Source: Myxococcota bacterium
Lineage (GTDB): Bacteria; Myxococcota_A; Polyangia; Nannocystales; Nannocystaceae
DNA: 37,558 nt
NCBI GenBank assembly: GCA_039028615.1
Contig: JBCCHT010000070.1
Span: forward strand, 1-37,558
Direction of reading: 5' to 3'
Below are positions 26,389 to 35,735 of the stretch, one piece after another (positions within the stretch are counted from its first letter, which is position 1; each line of letters opens with the position of its first letter). The translations under genes and the position numbers were made by a program. The notes beneath the pieces are model-generated. The model ran no database searches and was not told where the DNA came from. It saw only the letters and a list, made by a program, of their open reading frames with translations.

Positions 26389-26683
26389 TCGATCGCGTCT
26401 CGAAGCGCATGGCGACAATCGACGGTTGATTGTCATTTGCCGCCGCCAGGCACGCCCGAGTTGGGGTCTACGACCTACGCTCGGGTGCGGCCGAGGCACC
26501 GCAAACCGACGCGCGGCGGGAGTTGTCGACCTCGGGCTCGCTCACCGCCGCGGGGCCTGCGAGCGAAAGCCGATTTCATCGGTTGCGGCCCATGGGGGGC
26601 TCGCTCACATCTCGGCCGCGGGCCCCACCAGGTTCATTTGACAGCGCTACGGCCGTGAACAAGACTCCGGCTTCGACGTTGCC

Positions 26684-27262
26684 ATGGCCCGAGTTCGCGT
26701 GACCCCGCTGGTTGTCCTGTTGTCTGCCTCGCTGGCTGCCGCCTGTGATGCGCCGCCTGCCGCCAAGGGAGGCGAAGCCAAGCCCGCCGCTACGGCCAAG
26801 GCCAAGGGCGACGCGGCTACGCCCGAGTCCGGCAAGGCCGAGGCGGCTGCGCCCGAGGGTAAGACCTACGGCGCCCCGCTCGAGGGCGCGGACGCGGTCA
26901 CCATCGCTCAGGTCATGGACGACCCCAAGGCCTACGAGAACAAGATGGTCCGCGTCGAGGGCATGGTCACCGACGTGTGCACCAAGCGAGGCTGCTGGTT
27001 CGAGATGGCCGGCGAAAAGCCCGGCATGAAGATGCGCTTCAAGGTCCGCGACGGCGACATGGTGTTCCCGCCCTCGGCCAAGGGGAAGAAGGCGGTCGCC
27101 GAGGGCACGGTCACCGTGCGCACGCTGAGCCTCGAGGACACCAAGCGCTTCGAGGAGCACATGGCCAAGGACGCGGGCAAGGAGTTCGACCCCGCCTCCA
27201 TCACCGAGCCCATGACCATCGTCCAGCTCACGGGCAAGGGCGCGGTAATCCGCGACTCCTGA
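26684..27262 (+). CDS. DUF4920-like lipoprotein (OB-fold, CxxxGCW motif)
   Basis: LAAA-C lipobox; YGAP..VRVEGMVTDVCTKRGCWFEM..RFKVRDG..AVAEG. Confidence 0.8.
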   Translation: MARVRVTPLVVLLSASLAAACDAPPAAKGGEAKPAATAKAKGDAATPESGKAEAAAPEGKTYGAPLEGADAVTIAQVMDDPKAYENKMVRVEGMVTDVCTKRGCWFEMAGEKPGMKMRFKVRDGDMVFPPSAKGKKAVAEGTVTVRTLSLEDTKRFEEHMAKDAGKEFDPASITEPMTIVQLTGKGAVIRDS

Positions 27263-27337
27263 GCATCGCTCGCCCCGGTCCTTCCCATCGGTCCGGGGCT
27301 ACGCGGTGACGCTGCCTCCACGACGACGCTGGCCGAC

Positions 27338-27901
27338 ATGAAGTGGCGCAAGCTCATTCATGTGCTGCATCGCGACATCGGCTACACCGCCGTCGCGCTG
27401 ACGCTCGCGTATTCGATCTCCGGCCTGGCCGTCAATCACATCGACGACTGGAACCCGAACTTCTCGTTCGTGGAGACGCCCGTCGACGTGGGGCCGCTGC
27501 CCACCGACGACTACGACGTCATGCAGGCGCACGTGGTCGAGCGACTCGAGATCGATCCCAAGCTGGTCAAGGGCCGGTTCATGGAGAGCGAGACCGAGTT
27601 CCGCGTGTTCTTGCCCGAGGGGCAGGAGGTGCACGTCGACATCCGCGACGGCAAGGGGCTGTACAAGGAGATCAACACCCACCCCGTGCTCTACGAGGTC
27701 AACCAGCTGCACCTCAACACGATCAAGGGCTGGTGGACGTGGATCGCCGATCTCTTCGCCCTGAGCCTCATCACCCTGGCGGTGACCGGCCTGTTCATGA
27801 TCAAGGGCAAGCGGGGCCTGGGCGGGCGCGGCAAGTGGTTCGTGGGCGCAGGCCTGCTGGTGCCGCTGGGCTTCATTCTGTACACGATCTACGGGGCTTG
27901 A
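27338..27901 (+). CDS. PepSY-associated TM helix protein
   Basis: LHRDIGY..YSISGLAVNH; NQLHLN..WWTWIADLFALSLITLAVTGL. Confidence 0.85.
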   Translation: MKWRKLIHVLHRDIGYTAVALTLAYSISGLAVNHIDDWNPNFSFVETPVDVGPLPTDDYDVMQAHVVERLEIDPKLVKGRFMESETEFRVFLPEGQEVHVDIRDGKGLYKEINTHPVLYEVNQLHLNTIKGWWTWIADLFALSLITLAVTGLFMIKGKRGLGGRGKWFVGAGLLVPLGFILYTIYGA

Positions 27902-27908
27902 CCGCGAC

Positions 27909-28847
27909 ATGGGCGACCGCAACGACGACACCGAGCTCGACCTCGACGCCAAGATCGAGGCCCTGCAGCAGGCCATGCTGGCCAAGGACGGAGCCGCGAT
28001 CGCGGCCCGGCTCGAGTCGATCGAGGCCGAGCTCGACAAGCTCAATCCGATGATGCGCGGCATGACCTACGCGCATGTGCAATCGGTGCTCGGCAAGCCC
28101 GACAAGGCGGTGGCGGCCGTCCGCGACCTGCTCCAGCTCATGCCGGAGAACGCCATGGCCCAGTATCAGCTCGGGTGCTACTGCCAGCAGGCGGGCGACG
28201 ACGAGGGCGCGCTGGAGGCGTTCACGCTGGCGGTGGAGCACGACGCATCGATCGGCGACGCGTGGATCAACCGCGGGATCCTGCTCGATGCGGGGGGAGA
28301 GCCCGAGCTGGCGATCGAGTCCTATCGGCACGCGGTGCTGCGCTCGCCGGCCGAGGTGGACGCCTGGCGGAACCTCGGCAACAGCCTGGCGGCGATCGGG
28401 CGCTACGACGAGGCGATCGAGTCCTATCTCATCGCGGTGAGGCTGGCCCCGGGCGACGAGACGCTGTCGTTCCTGGTCGCGTCCGCGCACCAAGCCAAGG
28501 GCGATCTGGCGGCGGCGAACGAGAGCCTGCCGCCCGCCATGCGGCAGCAGCTCGGCGAGGTGGTGCAGGTGCAGGTCGAGGCCGACGGGCGGACGCTGCG
28601 GTGTCGGTTCCATGCCACGGCGGACCAGCGCGAGGCTCGGGCCCGCGCCGCACGGGGGCTGTTGCAGGTGGTCGCGCAGGAGATCACGGAGGCCAGCGAG
28701 TTCCCGCTGCGTCGCGAAGGCTCGTTCATCGTGCGAGACGGCGAGGCCTTCGTGCTCTGCGACGTGGATGCGGTCGGTACCGAACGCCCGCACCGATTCC
28801 GCGACGCCACGCGAGCCATCGAGACGGCGGCATCAGGCTCCTGCTGA
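27909..28847 (+). CDS. TPR repeat protein
   Basis: AQYQLG, AWINRGILL, AWRNLGNSLAAIGRYDEAIESYLIAVRLAP. Confidence 0.88.
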   Translation: MGDRNDDTELDLDAKIEALQQAMLAKDGAAIAARLESIEAELDKLNPMMRGMTYAHVQSVLGKPDKAVAAVRDLLQLMPENAMAQYQLGCYCQQAGDDEGALEAFTLAVEHDASIGDAWINRGILLDAGGEPELAIESYRHAVLRSPAEVDAWRNLGNSLAAIGRYDEAIESYLIAVRLAPGDETLSFLVASAHQAKGDLAAANESLPPAMRQQLGEVVQVQVEADGRTLRCRFHATADQREARARAARGLLQVVAQEITEASEFPLRREGSFIVRDGEAFVLCDVDAVGTERPHRFRDATRAIETAASGSC

Positions 28848-28951
28848 ACGCCACCTGCACCTCGGCGAGCGGGTCGAGCCCAAACCAACGCGCGTGTCAC
28901 CCCCCGATCGAGGGGCGGTGATTGTCGTGCCGATCACCCACTGTGGTGATC

Positions 28952-30307
28952 ATGTCGGAAATCTACCAGCGCTTGTGGGATTCCGACGAGGATCGGCTCA
29001 CCGTCAGTCGGCGCAAGGCCGACGACGGCTGGGTGGACCCCTCGGCGGCGATCCTGCTCGATACCCAGACGAAGGCCCACGGCAACCCGGAGGTCGATCT
29101 CGCGGTTCGTCCGCTGTTTCACCACGTGGACGAGTCTCGGCTCGAGGCGCCGCTGTATCGGCACTTCATCGCGCTGCTGGACAACTATGTGGTGTCGGCG
29201 CGGGAGGCCGAGGAGGAGTCCAAGTACGAGCGGCAGGAGATCAACGCGTTCATCGATGCGGTGATGCAGACGCGGGTGGCTGCGCTGGGGCTGGCGTATA
29301 TCAACGAAGAACTCGGTGAGTCGCTGAGCAAAGGGGCGTTTCGGGCGGCGATCAACCGGCTGTGGTTCGAGCTTTACACCAATCACTACGGGGGACGATC
29401 GACCTCGTGGGCCTCGGGCTTCGAGCACGTGTTCGTAGGCGAAGGGAAGTACGACCGCCGTTTTGGTGGCGAGGAGACCATCGGCAAGATCACGGGCTAT
29501 CACAGCTGGATCAAGTTCTACCTGGACGAGAGCCGCCAGCGGGTCGACTTCCTCGGATACAATTTCGAGCTGCGCGGGGGCGAGGTGCCCGTAGTCCCCG
29601 ACGTGATCACGCTGAAGATGCGCTGGAACCATGCGGACATCACCGGGCGGGTGGTGGCGCAGCTGCTCAAGAAAAGGGGCGGGTTCTTCGTGGGGCCCAG
29701 CCCCGCGTGCGAGATCGTGATGGGGGTGGTGCTCTACTACGAGAGCCTGCACGGGCTGTTGGTGAGGGATCGGCGGCGGACGACGATTCACGGGCAGGAC
29801 TACGACCTGGTGCTCTATCGCAACACGACGCCCGAAGGCAGCCGCGGGGCGTTCATTCGATCGTTCTTTCCCATTGCGCTGTCGATGCAGCGGCGAGACG
29901 AGCACCACGAATCGGAGGGCAAGCCGGAGCCCGGGGACGATGATCGGCCGGTCGTGACCCGTATCGCACCCAAGGGGAACAACGACGGACGCGTGCAGAT
30001 CGCGGCGGTACGACCACGGCCAGACGAGGGCGAGTCGGCCTTCGTGCAGCTGCTCAACGCCGACGAAGCGTCGGTCTCACTCGACGGCTGGCAGCTGCGC
30101 GATCGGATGGGTCGCATCCTGCCGCTTCAGGGCCGGATCGCGAGCGAGGACAAGCGGACCTTCGTGGTGCCGGGGAGCAACGCGGGGCGCTTTTCGCTCT
30201 CGGGGCGCGGCGGGTTCATCTCGCTGCATGACGAGTGCGGCCTGGTGGCGGGCATCAATCACGGATCGGCGGGCCCGAACGAGATTCTGTATTTCCTCGA
30301 CGACTAA
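28952..30307 (+). CDS. EndoU/XendoU-family endoribonuclease with C-terminal lamin-tail domain
   Basis: SGFEHVFVGE, GYHSWIKFYLDE, KKRGGFFVGPSPACE. C-terminal FVQLLN..VSLDGWQLRD..LSGRGGFISLHD is an LTD pattern. Confidence 0.88.
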   Translation: MSEIYQRLWDSDEDRLTVSRRKADDGWVDPSAAILLDTQTKAHGNPEVDLAVRPLFHHVDESRLEAPLYRHFIALLDNYVVSAREAEEESKYERQEINAFIDAVMQTRVAALGLAYINEELGESLSKGAFRAAINRLWFELYTNHYGGRSTSWASGFEHVFVGEGKYDRRFGGEETIGKITGYHSWIKFYLDESRQRVDFLGYNFELRGGEVPVVPDVITLKMRWNHADITGRVVAQLLKKRGGFFVGPSPACEIVMGVVLYYESLHGLLVRDRRRTTIHGQDYDLVLYRNTTPEGSRGAFIRSFFPIALSMQRRDEHHESEGKPEPGDDDRPVVTRIAPKGNNDGRVQIAAVRPRPDEGESAFVQLLNADEASVSLDGWQLRDRMGRILPLQGRIASEDKRTFVVPGSNAGRFSLSGRGGFISLHDECGLVAGINHGSAGPNEILYFLDD

Positions 30308-30400
30308 CGAGCTGCCTGTATCGGTGGCCGGCTGGTGGGAATTGCCGCGGCCGACGGTGCCAAACGCGAGCGGACGGGCTACCCTCGTACGCATTGGCTT

Positions 30401-31483
30401 ATGCGTAGAGGGTGGTGTTCAGCGTGTTTCGTCGTGGCCGCGTGTGGCCCGAGTGTCGATCCCGAGGCGCTCGGGGTGTGCGGGCGGGAGCGTGGGCTCG
30501 ACCGGCAAGAGGTCTTCCCGCCCGCGGACCAATGGGCGAGTGCAGACGCGATCGTCGTGAATGACGATCGCGTGTTTGCGACGGTCAACCGGGGAGCCGC
30601 GGTGCTGGGCAAACACCGGGTTCTGCGGGCCTACGACGGTGAAGGCGAGCTGGTGTGGGAGCACGACGGCGCGGACGAAGAACTCGGGCGGGCGTTGACG
30701 ACGACTCCCGACGGGGGCGTGGTGATCTGCGACCGGCGACAGGGAGTCGGTACTCGATTGACTCGGTTCACGGCCAACGGCGATGTGGTGTGGTCGAACA
30801 CGGGCCCCGTCGATTGCAACGGCATTGCCGTGACGCGCTCGGGCCTCATCGCGGTCGGTGGGGAAGGGGAGATCTTCACGTTCGATGCCGACGGCGAACC
30901 TCGCGACTCGTGGATCATCCGCCACGTAAGCTGGATCAAGGACATCGTGGCCGATGGCGACTCCCTGGTCGTGCTGCTGACCTACACGCACAACTTCACG
31001 ATCGAGCGCTACCGGGAGGATGGTGAGTTCGAGTGGGCTCAACCGATCGGTCTGGGGCGGGTGACGACGGGCGCCTCGTCGATCACCGTAGCCGGCGATG
31101 CGGGGGGCATCGTGGTGGCGGGCTGGATCGAACACCCGTTCAGCGGGGTGCGGCGTCAGTCTGCACTGTGGAGACTCTCTGCGGACGGCGAACAGCTGTG
31201 GACCACGGAAGAGGACGCGTTCGATGGCGTCTCGGGGCACTTCAGCCACGTGGTCGCGGACCCGGACGGCCAACTCTTGGTCGTCGGCTCCGCGGGGGAT
31301 CCGGTGAACGGCATGTTCGTCGCGGGGTATTCGGCGCAGGGGGAGCGGCAGTGGTGGGACGGTGGCCCGAGCGCGGAGTTTGGGCACGGCCACGCGCTGG
31401 CGCTCGATTCCTGCGGCTCGGTGTATGTCGCCGGAACGATGGAGCAGGAGGGCCGCATCGCTCGCTATACGCCGCCGGACTGA
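30401..31483 (+). CDS. Beta-propeller lipoprotein
   Basis: VVAA-C lipobox; repeats YDGEGELVW, FTANGDVVW, YREDGEFEW, LSADGEQLW, YSAQGERQW. Confidence 0.78.
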   Translation: MRRGWCSACFVVAACGPSVDPEALGVCGRERGLDRQEVFPPADQWASADAIVVNDDRVFATVNRGAAVLGKHRVLRAYDGEGELVWEHDGADEELGRALTTTPDGGVVICDRRQGVGTRLTRFTANGDVVWSNTGPVDCNGIAVTRSGLIAVGGEGEIFTFDADGEPRDSWIIRHVSWIKDIVADGDSLVVLLTYTHNFTIERYREDGEFEWAQPIGLGRVTTGASSITVAGDAGGIVVAGWIEHPFSGVRRQSALWRLSADGEQLWTTEEDAFDGVSGHFSHVVADPDGQLLVVGSAGDPVNGMFVAGYSAQGERQWWDGGPSAEFGHGHALALDSCGSVYVAGTMEQEGRIARYTPPD

Positions 31484-32530
31484 TCAAGCGCAGGCCTGCA
31501 CCGCTCGCAGATATTCGACCCAGAGCCGGTCGCTCCAGCTGCGTCGTGCCCAGGTGCCGTCGAAGAACCCGCAGTGTCCCCCGCGCTTGGTCAGGGCCAG
31601 GGTCAGTCGCGGCCGCTGCTGCATGCGGTCCATCTCCGCGTAGACGTTGTCGCGGGCGCAGACCGGATCGTCCTCGGCGTTGATGACCAGCAGCGGGACT
31701 TCGATCCCGTCGGCGACCTCCATGGGGTTGGAGTGTCGGTAGTAGTCGGCCTTGTCTTCGTGCCCCGAAAGCACGTACTGGCGGTGGTGGTACTCGCTCA
31801 TCGTTCGCGCGCGCGAGCAGTACTCGACGCCGCGAACGCCCGCCCATACCGACTGGTGCCGTCGGATGAAGTACTCGATGAGCCGGCCGGTCATGATGCG
31901 GTCGTAGACCGGGTGCACGAGGTCGAAGGCGCGGCTGATGTCGTAGCCGGGGCAGTGGGAGATGCCGGCGCGGAGCTTGGAGTCGGCTCCGGCTTCGCCG
32001 AGGTAGCGTACGAGCAAGCCCGAGCCGGCCGAGATGCCGATGCCGTAGAGCGGCACCCCGGGTCGACGGGCTTCGATCGCCTCGAGCTGGCGACCGAGGT
32101 CGGCGGTGGAGCCCATGGTGTTGACCCGCGGTGCGGTCAGGGGGAGGGCGGCGTGACCCCGTCGATTGCAGACGGCCACGATCCACCCCCCGGTATTGCG
32201 TCGGAGCGCGGCGATGGTGCGCCAAAGGTCGTCGCCGCTGCCCATGATGGTGGGCAGCACGACGATGACGGGGGTGTCCGGCGGGGCGTCGAGTCCGAGC
32301 CACTGCACCGACACCGTCCCGCCGTCGTCCATGCGCAGGTGCTGGTCATCATCCCAGCGCAACGCGGGCGCTCGTGATTCCCGGGAGGGAAAGAGCAATG
32401 TCTGCAGGTGTGGGGAGCGAGCCCAACGCGGGGGGGCGAAGCCGCGGCGCAGAGACGGGCACGCTGCGACGATGGCGCGGTTCCAGGCCTGGTCCCGACC
32501 GCCCAAAACTCGTGTTCCGTGGTCGCTCAC
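31484..32530 (-). CDS. YheT/ABHD1-3-like alpha/beta hydrolase
   Basis: SPHLQT, MDDGG, NRRG, GISAG nucleophile, INAEDDPV, GGHCGF. Confidence 0.9.
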   Translation of the reverse strand: MSDHGTRVLGGRDQAWNRAIVAACPSLRRGFAPPRWARSPHLQTLLFPSRESRAPALRWDDDQHLRMDDGGTVSVQWLGLDAPPDTPVIVVLPTIMGSGDDLWRTIAALRRNTGGWIVAVCNRRGHAALPLTAPRVNTMGSTADLGRQLEAIEARRPGVPLYGIGISAGSGLLVRYLGEAGADSKLRAGISHCPGYDISRAFDLVHPVYDRIMTGRLIEYFIRRHQSVWAGVRGVEYCSRARTMSEYHHRQYVLSGHEDKADYYRHSNPMEVADGIEVPLLVINAEDDPVCARDNVYAEMDRMQQRPRLTLALTKRGGHCGFFDGTWARRSWSDRLWVEYLRAVQACA

Positions 32531-32777
32531 CGGGGTTCGCTCTCGATGCTGCGACCCCGGCTCGGGACGCTGGGTGTCGGTGGATGGCGGTGCCCGAAAT
32601 CACGCATCGGGGCGGGAGAGAGGCAATTGTGGGTCATGGCGCGAGCCAGGGCGCTGCGGCGGCGGGCATCGAAACACCGAAGTCGGCGTCGACGCAAGGG
32701 AGGGCACGTCCGTGGCACGGCGGCAACCAGTGCTTTTTTCGCACGGGCGGACCGTGGGAAGATGGGGCTTCATCGTG

Positions 32778-35729
32778 GTGAAGACTCCGAGCCAGGCGTA
32801 CGCGGAGGATCGGTCGCGGCCTCGTGGGGGCGCGGCGACCGAGGACACGATCGCGGCCACGGCATTGACCGGTCACAGCGGCGGGGACGTGTACGCGGAA
32901 GAGACGTGGCTGGCCGAGGGCACGGCGGTGGGGCGCTACATCGTGGTGGGCCAGCTCGGTTCCGGGGGCATGGGCGTGGTGTATGTCGCGTGGGATCCCG
33001 AGCTCGAGCGCAGAGTCGCGCTCAAGCTGCTGCGCCGCAAGACGGAGCCGGGCAGCAAGGCGCGGCGTCGCTTGCTTCGCGAGGCGCAGGCGCTGGCGCG
33101 GCTGTCCCATCCCAACGTGGTCGCGGTGCACGACGTGGGCGAGCACGACGGGCAGATCTTCCTGGCCATGGAGTTCGTGGAGGGGCAGACCCTGCGCAAG
33201 TGGCTGAAGGCGGAGGAGCGCAGCCTCGACGAGATCATCTCGATGCTGGTGCGGGCGGGCCGAGGCCTGGTGGTGGCCCACGACAACGGCATCGTGCATC
33301 GCGATTTCAAGCCCGACAACGTGATGGTGAGCAACGACGGTCGCGTGCGGGTGATGGACTTCGGCCTGGCGCGGGCGGGCGAGTCGGCGCTGTCGCTCAC
33401 GAGCTCGGGGCTGAGCATCTCGTCGCACGACAGCGATGTGCAGCTGCCCGTCGACGACGAGATGCTGACCGGGGAAGGCAAGACGCCGGGAACGCCCGCG
33501 TACATGGCCCCCGAGCAGCACCTGAGCCGGGGGGTCGACGAGCGCACCGATCAATTCAGCTTCTGCGTGACGCTGTACGAGGCGATCTACGGGGTCCGAC
33601 CCTTCACCGGGGACTCGCTGGCGGCGCTGAGCTGGTCGGTGACCGAGGGCAAGCTCGGGCCCACGCCGCGCGGGACCTCGGTGCCCACCCGCGTGCAGCG
33701 AGCGGTGCTGCGGGGGCTGGCCAAGGACCCGCACGATCGGTGGCCGCGGCTGGAGACGCTGCTCGACGAGCTCGAGCACGATCCCGGCCCGGCCCGGCGG
33801 CGCTGGCTGGTGGGCGGGCTGACGGTGGGCGTGCTCGGCTCGGTGGCGGGCTGGCAGACCTGGGAGCGCGATCGCAACGAGCGGGCGTGCGAGACGGAGG
33901 GCACGGAGATCAGCCTGCTGTGGAACGAAGGGCGCAAGCAGACGATCGCCGAGGCGATGGAGTCGACCCGGGTGTCCTATGCCGTCGACAGCTGGCAGCG
34001 CGCGTCGACGCACCTCGATGGCTACGCCGAGCAGTGGTCGCACGATCGGAGCGAGGCGTGCCGCGCCACCATGCTCGACGGCGTTCGCACTCCGGCTGCG
34101 CTCGATCTGTCGCGGACCTGCTTCGACGAGCGGCGGGAGCGAATGGGGGCGCTGCTGGACGAGTTCGAGCGCGCCGACCCGACGATGGTGGTGCGCGTGG
34201 CCACGGTGACGGTGCAGCTGCCCTCGCTCGACGACTGCACGGACGATGTCTGGCTCGCGCGGCGGCCGGCTGCCCCCGAAGATCCCGAGCTCAAGGAGCG
34301 CTTCGACGAGCTGCGGCGGGCGCTGCAGCGGGCCAGCGCGGTGTCGTCGACCGGTCACTACGCGCAGGCGCTGGAAGAAGCGGAGAAGGTCGTGACCGAG
34401 GCCGAGTCGCTCGGGGCGATGCCGTTGCTGGCCGATGCCCAGCTGGCGGTGGCTCGCGCGCTGCAACGCCAGGGCGAGTACGAGCGGGCGATCACGCAGT
34501 TCGAGACCGCGTTCATCACCGCGGGCGGAGCGGGGCACGACATGACGGCCCTGGATGCCGCGTCGAACCTCACCTTCCTCACCGGGTATCAGCAGGCCGA
34601 GCACGAGCAGGGGCTGCACTGGGCCGCGATGGCCGAGATGTTCGTGACCCGGCTGCAGCTCGAAGACGACCCCCACGTGGCGCTGTGGCTGACGAACCTC
34701 GGGTCGGTGCACCAGGCTCGCGGCAAGTACGACGAGGCGCTGGCGGTGCAGCGTCGGGCGCTGCAGATGGGCAACCGGATCTACGTCAAGGGTCACCCGC
34801 GGCTGGCCGTGCTGTGGAGCAACCTGGCCAACGCCCTGCACGGGAACGGGGACTACGAGGAGGCCATCGCCGCTCAAGAGCGGGCCATGGTGATTCGCGA
34901 GGTGGCGATCGGCCCCACCCATCCCGACCTGGCGCAGTCGCTGCTCAACCTCGGGGTCATGCAGCACACGCAGGGCAATACCGAGGATGCCATCGAGACC
35001 TTCGAGCGCAGCTTGATCATCCAAAAGCAGGCGCTGGGCTCCAATCACCCCCTGGTGGCGCGCACGCTCAACAACCTGGGGGCGATGCAGTTCTCCAAGC
35101 ACGCCGACGCGGCGGCGCTGGCCGCCTACGAGCGGGCGCTGGAGATCCAGCGGGAGACCCTGGGCGAGGATCACCACGACCTGGCGGGCTCGTACAACAA
35201 CATCGGTCGGGTGCTGGCGCGGCAGGGGCAGTACGAAGAGGCGCTGAAGTCCTACCAGCGAGCGCTCGAGATCCGCCGCGATGCGCTGGGCCCCGATCAC
35301 CCGCACGTCGGCCGCGTGTACAGCAGCATCGGGCAGGCGCACCGCCTACAAGGACAGTTCGGAGAGTCGGTGGCGGCTTACGAACAGGCGCTGGCGATCT
35401 GGGAGGCGGCCTTCGATCCCGATCACCCCAAGGTGGCGGTGGCCCTGCACGGGCTCGGTCGCGCGTTGGTGGAATCGGGCGAGGCCTCGCGGGCCACCGA
35501 GGTGCTCGAGCGAGGGCTGAAGATCCGCGAGAAGGCCAAGATCAAGCCGGCCGATCTGGCGCAGACCCGGTTCTGGCTCGCGCAGGCGATCCTGGTCGCG
35601 AAGGGCGACCGCGTTCGGGCGATGGAGCTGGCCGAGCAGGCCCGCGAAGTCCTGCGCGTGTCGAGCAACCCGAAGGTCTTGGCCGAGATCGAGGCGTGGT
35701 TCCGAGAGTACGGCCCTACGCCGGGCTGA
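32778..35729 (+). CDS. Hanks-type Ser/Thr protein kinase with TM segment and kinesin-light-chain-type TPR repeats
   Basis: LGSGGMGVVY, VALK, HRDFKPDN, DFG, GTPAYMAPE; ~42-aa TPRs (G.DHP.VA..LNNLG). Start estimated at GTG 32775/32778. Confidence 0.94.
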   Translation: MKTPSQAYAEDRSRPRGGAATEDTIAATALTGHSGGDVYAEETWLAEGTAVGRYIVVGQLGSGGMGVVYVAWDPELERRVALKLLRRKTEPGSKARRRLLREAQALARLSHPNVVAVHDVGEHDGQIFLAMEFVEGQTLRKWLKAEERSLDEIISMLVRAGRGLVVAHDNGIVHRDFKPDNVMVSNDGRVRVMDFGLARAGESALSLTSSGLSISSHDSDVQLPVDDEMLTGEGKTPGTPAYMAPEQHLSRGVDERTDQFSFCVTLYEAIYGVRPFTGDSLAALSWSVTEGKLGPTPRGTSVPTRVQRAVLRGLAKDPHDRWPRLETLLDELEHDPGPARRRWLVGGLTVGVLGSVAGWQTWERDRNERACETEGTEISLLWNEGRKQTIAEAMESTRVSYAVDSWQRASTHLDGYAEQWSHDRSEACRATMLDGVRTPAALDLSRTCFDERRERMGALLDEFERADPTMVVRVATVTVQLPSLDDCTDDVWLARRPAAPEDPELKERFDELRRALQRASAVSSTGHYAQALEEAEKVVTEAESLGAMPLLADAQLAVARALQRQGEYERAITQFETAFITAGGAGHDMTALDAASNLTFLTGYQQAEHEQGLHWAAMAEMFVTRLQLEDDPHVALWLTNLGSVHQARGKYDEALAVQRRALQMGNRIYVKGHPRLAVLWSNLANALHGNGDYEEAIAAQERAMVIREVAIGPTHPDLAQSLLNLGVMQHTQGNTEDAIETFERSLIIQKQALGSNHPLVARTLNNLGAMQFSKHADAAALAAYERALEIQRETLGEDHHDLAGSYNNIGRVLARQGQYEEALKSYQRALEIRRDALGPDHPHVGRVYSSIGQAHRLQGQFGESVAAYEQALAIWEAAFDPDHPKVAVALHGLGRALVESGEASRATEVLERGLKIREKAKIKPADLAQTRFWLAQAILVAKGDRVRAMELAEQAREVLRVSSNPKVLAEIEAWFREYGPTPG

Positions 35730-35735
35730 GCGGGC

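Noticed and set aside
32713..32730. Sigma54 promoter (TGGCACG) upstream of the kinase; a similar site lies at 15060
   Set aside because: The -12 TTGC element is missing at the required spacing.
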